DNA from: Calditrichaceae bacterium
GTDB lineage: Bacteria; Calditrichota; Calditrichia; Calditrichales; JBFXGD01
Direction: 5' to 3'
Assembly: GCA_050178385.1 (NCBI GenBank)
Contig: JBFXGD010000089.1
Span: forward strand, 1-13,640
Length of the DNA stretch: 13,640 nt
Both the position numbers and the translations under genes were made by a program. Below the pieces are notes generated by a model, which worked only from the letters and a program-made list of their open reading frames with translations, searched no databases and had not been told where the DNA came from. Positions 1-6,138 of this stretch are shown here, piece by piece (the stretch's first letter is position 1; each line of letters opens with the position of its first letter).

Positions 1-76
1 ACTGCAGTGTTATAGATATTCATGCCGATTATAATAATTCCATTTTGTTCTCTATTCTTTAAATATGAAGTTCTTA

Positions 77-1327
77 TTACTGAACAGTACGTACACAACG
101 TACATAATTAAATATCCTGATTGCGTCGCCTTGCGGTCCATGGCCCGTAGGATAATCATCCGGATTACCAACTTTGGGATCGCTGCGCTGGGCACCGGCT
201 CCATGCACATCCTGCCACATTCCATTCATGTAACCCATCGCACGCCCAAAGCTTACATAAACCGCAAAACCGCCGCCCACAGATGACCAGTTGCTGTGCG
301 TGGTGCTTGTCCAATAGAATCCATAGTCAGCCTGCCCGGCTTCATTCGTAATTTCTGTGCAGTTAAAAAGCGGATCGATGGCAGCAGAAGCGTTTGTTCC
401 GGACGAATACGTGTAATCAACTATACTTTGCAGCTCTTTTGCATCCGGCAGCCGCCAATCGGTATAGCCCGCGTATTCAAGATTTTCCGCATAGCTCAAA
501 GCGTCTTCCCAGTTCATGGCCGTTTTGTTGTCATTTTGCATCCACATAAGTCCGGTGGCATCATCACTGATCGTACTGTCGCCGTTATCTCTAAAATTAT
601 TTATGCCGTATCCCGTGTTTCCGCGCGTGTATAAAACAAAGAAGGTTTTTTCACCCGGTCCAAATGGCATTTCCAGACCATACCCTTTGATGCGGCCATC
701 GGCAAAATTTACCCCAAACAATAAATCTCCGCCGGTATATAGGGATGTTGTGGCAAATTGAGAATCAATAATGCGTTCACCGGCTTCCACATCACCATAG
801 GCAAAATCGAAATATTTTGTGTCAATAAAGGGAATAAGCTGGTCCGTTGATACGCCTTCATAGCCGCTTGGGTCAACGCCGCTGAAAACTATAAGTGAGT
901 ACAATTCTTTGATGTCCGGCAACCGCCAGTCATCATAACCGGCCTGATCAAAATCATCGGCCCCGGCAAGCGCTTCCGAATATGTCATTTTATCGTCCGC
1001 ATCAATATCCCCGTCACCATCCATATCCGGACTCTTAGCCCACATCAAACCGGTTACCATGTCCGTAATCGTCCCATCACCGTTATCCACATAGTTTGTC
1101 TCGTTGCGTGAATACATCGCGTCCTGGCCGTAAAACGCGTCACCTTTTGATGGAGTCACAGTTACATTATTATTGTCGTAGAATTTCGTTTGATTGGTAC
1201 TCACAACAGGATAACCACTTATCTCAGAGAGATTATCGTCAGTTAATTCTGTACTTGTTAGCGCATTACTGCATGCTGTAAAAATGGTGAACACCAAAGT
1301 CAGCAAAATAAATATTCTTGATCTCAT
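77..1327 (-). CDS. Lipoprotein with two DUF1566 (Lcl C-terminal-like) domains and an EF-hand-like loop
   Basis: 416 aa ORF with a hydrophobic N-terminus and lipobox FTA-C19. It carries two copies of the DUF1566 pattern (DNGDGTITDMVTGLMW...GYDDWRLPDIKELYSL and DNGDSTISDDATGLMW...GYTDWRLPDAKELQSI) and ends in YVRCVR, typical of the family. A DMDGDGDIDADD loop lies in the first domain. Confidence 0.85.
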   Translation of the reverse strand: MRSRIFILLTLVFTIFTACSNALTSTELTDDNLSEISGYPVVSTNQTKFYDNNNVTVTPSKGDAFYGQDAMYSRNETNYVDNGDGTITDMVTGLMWAKSPDMDGDGDIDADDKMTYSEALAGADDFDQAGYDDWRLPDIKELYSLIVFSGVDPSGYEGVSTDQLIPFIDTKYFDFAYGDVEAGERIIDSQFATTSLYTGGDLLFGVNFADGRIKGYGLEMPFGPGEKTFFVLYTRGNTGYGINNFRDNGDSTISDDATGLMWMQNDNKTAMNWEDALSYAENLEYAGYTDWRLPDAKELQSIVDYTYSSGTNASAAIDPLFNCTEITNEAGQADYGFYWTSTTHSNWSSVGGGFAVYVSFGRAMGYMNGMWQDVHGAGAQRSDPKVGNPDDYPTGHGPQGDAIRIFNYVRCVRTVQ

Positions 1328-1357
1328 TTTTTTGTTCTGTTTTATAGTTTAAAATTC

Positions 1358-1753
1358 TTACCTGCGGCCCGGTCTTTGTTGTTTGCCCGGATTCCTGTTT
1401 TTAATATACGCTTCATATTTAGCGATTTGATCATCATTTAACAGTTCTTTAATCTGGTTATCAAAATCCTTTCTTAAATCTTCCATTGCCTGACGGTTGC
1501 TTTCACGATCGCCTTTATTCGCTTCCATTAATTCTTTGGCGTCCGCAAAATGTGTAAAATGCAGATCAGTTATCGCGGATTTCTGCTCTTCCGTCAAAGT
1601 AAGCGCTTCAGCCAACTCATCCACTATTTTTACAATTTGCGCGGAATCGGGCAGTGCTGGCGGTCCTTGCCGCTGAGCAAACAAATTGCCTGTAATAATC
1701 AGACTTATCAGCATCACCAGCATCGGGTAAGTTCTTTTTCTTTGATTAATCAT
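1358..1753 (-). CDS. Secreted helical protein, Spy/CpxP-like (LTxxQ motifs; DUF4890-like)
   Basis: 131 aa with a Sec signal ending LFA|Q, two LTxxQ-like motifs (LTLTEEQK, LLNDDQ) and charged helical composition. RBS AAGGAG at 1761-1766 (minus strand). Confidence 0.7.
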   Translation of the reverse strand: MINQRKRTYPMLVMLISLIITGNLFAQRQGPPALPDSAQIVKIVDELAEALTLTEEQKSAITDLHFTHFADAKELMEANKGDRESNRQAMEDLRKDFDNQIKELLNDDQIAKYEAYIKNRNPGKQQRPGRR

Positions 1754-1794
1754 TGTACTTCTCCTTTTGTTTTAATGATATTTTCTGTTCTAAT

Positions 1795-1829
1795 ACTTGA
1801 GACGTTAACCAGGAAAAAAACTTGTGGTT
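1795..1829 (-). promoter_or_regulatory. Putative ECF sigma-factor promoter, copy 1 (-35 CCACAAG, -10 CGTC)
   Basis: Minus strand reads AACCACAAG-TTTTTTTCCTGGTT-AACGTC-TC-AAGT, about 45 nt upstream of the ATG at 1753. The same motif with the same spacing occurs at 4605-4639. CGTC is a common ECF -10 core. Confidence 0.7.
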
Positions 1830-1861
1830 GGATTTAATTTTTTATCCGCGAGTATTTAATG

Positions 1862-1899
1862 GATAAAATAACCCTTCACCAACTGTTAGTGAAGGGTTA
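1862..1899 (-). terminator. Rho-independent terminator after the flavoprotein gene
   Basis: Perfect 11-bp inverted repeat TAACCCTTCAC (1869-1879) / GTGAAGGGTTA (1889-1899), followed on the minus strand by TTTTAT. It lies 25 nt past the stop codon at 1925. Confidence 0.75.
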
Positions 1900-1924
1900 A
1901 GTATGTGTTATCGCTGTAACCAGG

Positions 1925-3694
1925 TCAGGAATTGACAAACGGCTGTTTTTCAAACTTCATAGTTCCGTCTTTTCCTTTATAGATATTTATCCATACACGC
2001 CAGTTCTTATCGTCCATATCGGGATAATCCAGCCTGTAATGGCTACAGCGGCTTTCTTTACGCATAATGGACGCTTTGAGCTTCATCTCGGCGCTGATAA
2101 TCATATTGGCGGTCTCATGCGCAAGTCTCAGCTCGTGCATATCCGTAGCCTTGAGCATAGGCATGTGGTGATCGCGCAACTCTTCAATATTAGCCAAAGC
2201 GGCTTTTAACAGATTCTCCTTTTTTATATAAAGTATAAAGTTGGGAATCATGATGCCCTGCAATGTTTGTGTAACCCAGGCAGGGCTATAACCGGCTTCT
2301 TTTTTTAACGGCGCGAGCATCTCTTCCTGAACTTTATCCCGTTTTGATTTTGAGATCTCAGATAATTCAACATTTTTTGAGTATTCGGCTGCTGCCTCTG
2401 CCGCTACGGCGCCCTGAACCGCGGAACCGGCTAATGATGATCCAATCTGTGTATAGATAGCCCCGGCCATATAAGATCCCAAAGCATCACCGGCTGCATA
2501 CAGACCCGGAATATTGGATTCACATTTTTCATTAATCGGCACAAGTCCTTCGGATTTATGAATGGACATACCGGCAGAAGATCCGCCAACGGCGGAACCG
2601 CCCATTCCCGGAGGTCCGTCGCCTTCGCCATCAGGTTTTTTCCCCCCGGGCCGGGAACCTTCGCCACGAGGTGGTCTGTCACCATCCGGTCTGTCGCCGC
2701 CATCCTGAGGGCCGTCCTGATTAAATTCAGCAGGCCGGTAAGGTCCTCCTTCAATTTGTTGAGATTGCTCCGTTCCCGGAGGCCCCATTTGGACTGAATT
2801 TCCGCTCATATAAGCCATGTAATTCAACTCAACACCCAAATCGTGGCGAATACCTACGCCGGTTGTACCCGGTTTTTGTTCAAACATGCCATGCCAGCCA
2901 TCATAACAGGCCGCGGCATTGGTAGCCTGACCCGGATGACCGTCGTTCCACTCTTTGCCGGTGATTTTGGCGCCAATGTTATAAGCCATAACGGTCCCAT
3001 CATGTGTGAGATCGCAAATGGGAAATCCGTTTGGCTTAAAACCACCGGCTCCTGTACATAGAATAACACTTTTTGCGCGGAAAATATGGACCTTTTCTTC
3101 GTCCAGACTAAATCCTGCCGCTCCGGCAATACGGCCATTTTCCTTTATAAGATGTGTTATGGTGATCCGCTCCATAACCGGTATTTCGCGCTCATCAATG
3201 GGTTTGCGGAAAGAGTTATTGTACAGGTTGGAATCAAAGAAACCCCATTCCCGTAATTCATTTACGCGAGCCAGTGATTGCTCTGCCATTTGCCGGGTAT
3301 AAACCGGATTATTTGTACCAAGGGCAGAGCGGGAGACCGATTCTACAAACTCATCAAGCGTGACATGTTCCTTTGATGAATCAAACGAGAATATGCCTTT
3401 TGCGAATGGTGTTTGTCCGGATGAGCCTAAGCGACCCTTTGAAACGAGTAATGTCTTTGCCCCGGCGTCATGAGCTTTTACTGCTGCGAATAATCCTGCC
3501 ATGCCGCCTCCTATCACCAACACGTCGCTGTCAGTTTCGGTAAACCTCATCTTAGTGATATCCACTACAGGGCGTTCAGAAGACCAGCCGTATTTCAGTC
3601 CCATTGATGCGAGGGCCGCTAAACTTAAAGCACCGCCGGCCATCGTAATAAATTGACGTCTGGAAAGATCTTTGTTTTTACGCGGCTTTTTCAT
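1925..3694 (-). CDS. Tat-signal FAD-dependent oxidoreductase, succinate dehydrogenase/fumarate reductase/APS reductase flavoprotein superfamily (substrate unknown)
   Basis: 589 aa. N-terminal SRRQFI twin-arginine motif plus hydrophobic stretch; Rossmann motif DVLVIGGGMAG; AKSVILCTG; SNIPGLYAAGD; SdhA/AprA-type C-terminal RKESRCSHYRLDYP. RBS AGGGAG. Confidence 0.85.
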   Translation of the reverse strand: MKKPRKNKDLSRRQFITMAGGALSLAALASMGLKYGWSSERPVVDITKMRFTETDSDVLVIGGGMAGLFAAVKAHDAGAKTLLVSKGRLGSSGQTPFAKGIFSFDSSKEHVTLDEFVESVSRSALGTNNPVYTRQMAEQSLARVNELREWGFFDSNLYNNSFRKPIDEREIPVMERITITHLIKENGRIAGAAGFSLDEEKVHIFRAKSVILCTGAGGFKPNGFPICDLTHDGTVMAYNIGAKITGKEWNDGHPGQATNAAACYDGWHGMFEQKPGTTGVGIRHDLGVELNYMAYMSGNSVQMGPPGTEQSQQIEGGPYRPAEFNQDGPQDGGDRPDGDRPPRGEGSRPGGKKPDGEGDGPPGMGGSAVGGSSAGMSIHKSEGLVPINEKCESNIPGLYAAGDALGSYMAGAIYTQIGSSLAGSAVQGAVAAEAAAEYSKNVELSEISKSKRDKVQEEMLAPLKKEAGYSPAWVTQTLQGIMIPNFILYIKKENLLKAALANIEELRDHHMPMLKATDMHELRLAHETANMIISAEMKLKASIMRKESRCSHYRLDYPDMDDKNWRVWINIYKGKDGTMKFEKQPFVNS

Positions 3695-4337
3695 TTTGGT
3701 TTAGCTCCCTTGTTTTTATCTGTTTAAAAAAATATGTTTTTAGAACAAGTATTTCACTGCCCATTGCCAGAGTAATAATATAAATGGACATGGCCAGGTT
3801 GGTGTGACGACCAAGATCTATCATATGCCATGTGGCAATCGCAACAAAAATCATCGCCAAAACACCATGAATATATCTCCAGTTTGTATAGCTCAAAGAC
3901 AGCCTGTCGCGAAAGAATGAAAGAATGCCCAAGGTCAGCATTAAACTCCACGCGACTATCCCAAGTATCACCCCCAAACTGTCAAATGTAGTGATGATAG
4001 TAACAAATGCCTCCAGAGGGGCAACACCGGCTTCAAAAAATCGTGATACGACTAATAGAAACGGGTGAACCAGGAAAACCGCTACGGCCGTATATCCAAT
4101 GAATTTGTGGTATTTAACAATCCTGCTCATCCTGAACAATTTTACAGCTTTCCCGTTGCTTCTTGTGAGAAAAAAAAGTCCAAGCATCATGGGAAAGGCA
4201 AGAATGAACAAAACTGACAAGGATTCTTTCAAGACAGTTTTACGAGCGAAATCTCCCAGGATATATAGCATTAAAGGGAAACCAACAAAAAATCCTGTTA
4301 CAGGAACAAGCCAATCTTTCTTAGTATATTGCATCAT
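3678..4337 (-). CDS. Ferric reductase-like transmembrane (di-heme cytochrome b, MsrQ/YedZ-like) protein
   Basis: 219 aa with about 6 hydrophobic segments and two His-x13-His pairs in TM helices (YHKFIG...LVHP; IHGVL...TWH). WRYIH resembles the family's WxxxH motif. No C-terminal FAD/NAD domain. Overlaps the flavoprotein start by 17 nt. Confidence 0.8.
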   Translation of the reverse strand: MMQYTKKDWLVPVTGFFVGFPLMLYILGDFARKTVLKESLSVLFILAFPMMLGLFFLTRSNGKAVKLFRMSRIVKYHKFIGYTAVAVFLVHPFLLVVSRFFEAGVAPLEAFVTIITTFDSLGVILGIVAWSLMLTLGILSFFRDRLSLSYTNWRYIHGVLAMIFVAIATWHMIDLGRHTNLAMSIYIITLAMGSEILVLKTYFFKQIKTRELNQNEKAA

Positions 4338-4341
4338 TTTT

Positions 4342-4557
4342 TCACCCCCACGAAACGATAACCGGAATCGATTTTTCCGGTGAAATGGTTATAGCATCAA
4401 CCGGACAATACATCCGGCACAGATGACAGATTTGGCAATCGGCAGGATACATGATAACTGCTTTATTTGTATCGGGATCAATACGAATCACATCTGTAGG
4501 ACAGGTCTCTACGCAAATTCCGCAACCGATACACCCGTTTATGCTTTCTATTGACAT
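4342..4557 (-). CDS. 2x[4Fe-4S] dicluster ferredoxin (AprB-like small subunit)
   Basis: 71 aa with two CxxCxxCxxxCP motifs ([24 protein letters not shown]) and no signal peptide. RBS AAGGAAAGGA upstream. Confidence 0.92.
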   Translation of the reverse strand: MSIESINGCIGCGICVETCPTDVIRIDPDTNKAVIMYPADCQICHLCRMYCPVDAITISPEKSIPVIVSWG

Positions 4558-4604
4558 TTATTTTATTCCTTTCCTTTTTACCGGAATAATTTAGTTGCTT
4601 TATA

Positions 4605-4639
4605 ACTTATGACGTTTTTTTGGGAAATCTCTTGTGGTT
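4605..4639 (-). promoter_or_regulatory. Putative ECF sigma-factor promoter, copy 2 (-35 CCACAAG, -10 CGTC)
   Basis: Minus strand reads AACCACAAG-AGATTTCCCAAAAA-AACGTC-AT-AAGT, about 50 nt upstream of the ferredoxin ATG. Conserved blocks and spacing are identical to the copy at 1795-1829. Confidence 0.7.
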
Positions 4640-4655
4640 TGTTTTGAGTTTTATT

Positions 4656-4692
4656 AAAAAAAAGAGCCCTTCATTCTGACAAATGAAGGGCT
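4656..4692 (-). terminator. Rho-independent terminator after cotH-like gene
   Basis: Perfect 11-bp stem AGCCCTTCATT (4665-4675) / AATGAAGGGCT (4682-4692) with a 6-nt loop, followed on the minus strand by C and T8. It lies 32 nt past the stop at 4725. Confidence 0.88.
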
Positions 4693-4724
4693 TGAAAAAT
4701 CGGATGATTTAGCTGTGATGGATT

Positions 4725-6110
4725 TTAATTCACGTAATTCATTACCGTGTTATAGCGGCTGCTCACATGGGAGATTAAATAATTCACAGCCGTATTAAAA
4801 TCGCTGTCAGATTCTAAGAATGTATAATAAGGCTGTTCGCCATCAGCACCAACTACATAATCGGAAATCAGATTCTGGTAATATTGATATTTGCTTGTCA
4901 TTTTTGCCGGTTCAAACGCGGTCTCAACAACTTGTCTCAGATAGGTTTTGTAGCTGTTTAAATATTGCTCATCATCCAATAAATAGCGTATTAAGGGCCA
5001 GGAACTATTTACTTCATAGCAGGAAACCGAAAGAGCCCCCGTTTGTTTCCCTGTTTGCAAGGCTTCGTTGTTGTCCCAGGGGATCCATGTTAACCAGGCA
5101 TGTTCAGGATCATTATAAAGATAATAATTATGAGGCATCCGGCCATAGGTATCCCAGTTTTGAACCGCAATATTAACAGCAAGCCATCTTAGAAATCCAT
5201 TCACATTAAAAACCGTCTCCAGGGAAGCCCTCCAGGAAGCGGCATTGGTTGTTCTTTCGGATGAATGCAAAACATCAAAAAGCGCTTCAACATCCGACCA
5301 ATCACCGTCTTCATTGGTCTTCTTCTCAAAATAAGATGTACTGAACGTGTTGGCGGCAAAACTGGCGCCGCTGCCTTCAGGTTTATAAACATTACCTTCA
5401 TCCTCAGCAAACTGGTTTTCTATCATGGTGTCATCCACAATTTCGATCATCGTATAAAGGCCAAAATATGTAGGTCCATCGCCATGATCGATATAAATGC
5501 GATAAAAGGCGGTTCGCGGTGCGGGTACACCAAAATCCCTGAAAATTTCCGGAACAACTTTTTCACGGAGTAAGGATTCATCATCGAAATTACTGGAAAG
5601 AGAAAGTTCTTTAAACCCATAAAAGCGCTGATTGGTGATCTGCGGAATCTCATCTTCAAACTGGTCAAAATTAAGCCTTAATGGTAATTTCCATATTCCA
5701 CTTGACCAGGTGGATTGTAAGCTGGAATTTCCTTTAAAACGAACACCAACCTGATACCACTCGATACCATTTGAAAAAACAGAGCAGGGGACATAAACCG
5801 GATTCTCGTTTGAGTCATCCGCGGGCGCAGTGGCACGCGATCCGAAACTACCGTAGTTCTGTTCCATTTCATCCAGCATCACCTGCCAGTTGTCGCTGTC
5901 TATTACAAGATCCAAACGATTTACCCGGTTTTGAGGAAAAACAATATCATAGTCGGGATCGGCGCTTTTCCCGTGTGTGGTTTCAGTCCAGTCAGGAGTC
6001 TCAATTCCCGTATCAAAAATCAGTTGACTTTCGGTGCTGTTTGTACTTGTATCTTCACAACTAATCAAAATTGACAGGAACAGCAGCACAGATATAATTT
6101 TGATATACAT
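4725..6110 (-). CDS. CotH kinase family lipoprotein
   Basis: 461 aa with lipobox LIS-C18. CotH motifs: VGVRFKGNSS, LRLNFD, FYGFKELSL, LLREKV, GVPAPR, YFGLYTMIE, NWDTY...HNYYLY, WIPWDNNEA. RBS AAGGAG. Confidence 0.9.
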   Translation of the reverse strand: MYIKIISVLLFLSILISCEDTSTNSTESQLIFDTGIETPDWTETTHGKSADPDYDIVFPQNRVNRLDLVIDSDNWQVMLDEMEQNYGSFGSRATAPADDSNENPVYVPCSVFSNGIEWYQVGVRFKGNSSLQSTWSSGIWKLPLRLNFDQFEDEIPQITNQRFYGFKELSLSSNFDDESLLREKVVPEIFRDFGVPAPRTAFYRIYIDHGDGPTYFGLYTMIEIVDDTMIENQFAEDEGNVYKPEGSGASFAANTFSTSYFEKKTNEDGDWSDVEALFDVLHSSERTTNAASWRASLETVFNVNGFLRWLAVNIAVQNWDTYGRMPHNYYLYNDPEHAWLTWIPWDNNEALQTGKQTGALSVSCYEVNSSWPLIRYLLDDEQYLNSYKTYLRQVVETAFEPAKMTSKYQYYQNLISDYVVGADGEQPYYTFLESDSDFNTAVNYLISHVSSRYNTVMNYVN

Positions 6111-6138
6111 GTCCTTCTCCTTATGGGTATAAATTTTT

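Noticed and set aside
1..23. Possible start of a downstream minus-strand gene (ATG at 23, MNIYNTA...)
   Set aside because: Only 7 codons are visible and there is no clear RBS, so it cannot be supported.
1925..4557. Calling the trio aprAB, sdhAB/frdAB or nadB
   Set aside because: The Tat signal, the absence of the covalent-FAD His and substrate-binding Arg motifs, the small dicluster ferredoxin and the ferric-reductase-like anchor do not match these enzymes. No sulfur or NAD pathway genes are nearby.
4725..6110. Sporulation role implied by the CotH name
   Set aside because: The protein has a lipoprotein signal, the context looks diderm and no spore genes are present. The CotH family is widespread in non-sporulating bacteria.
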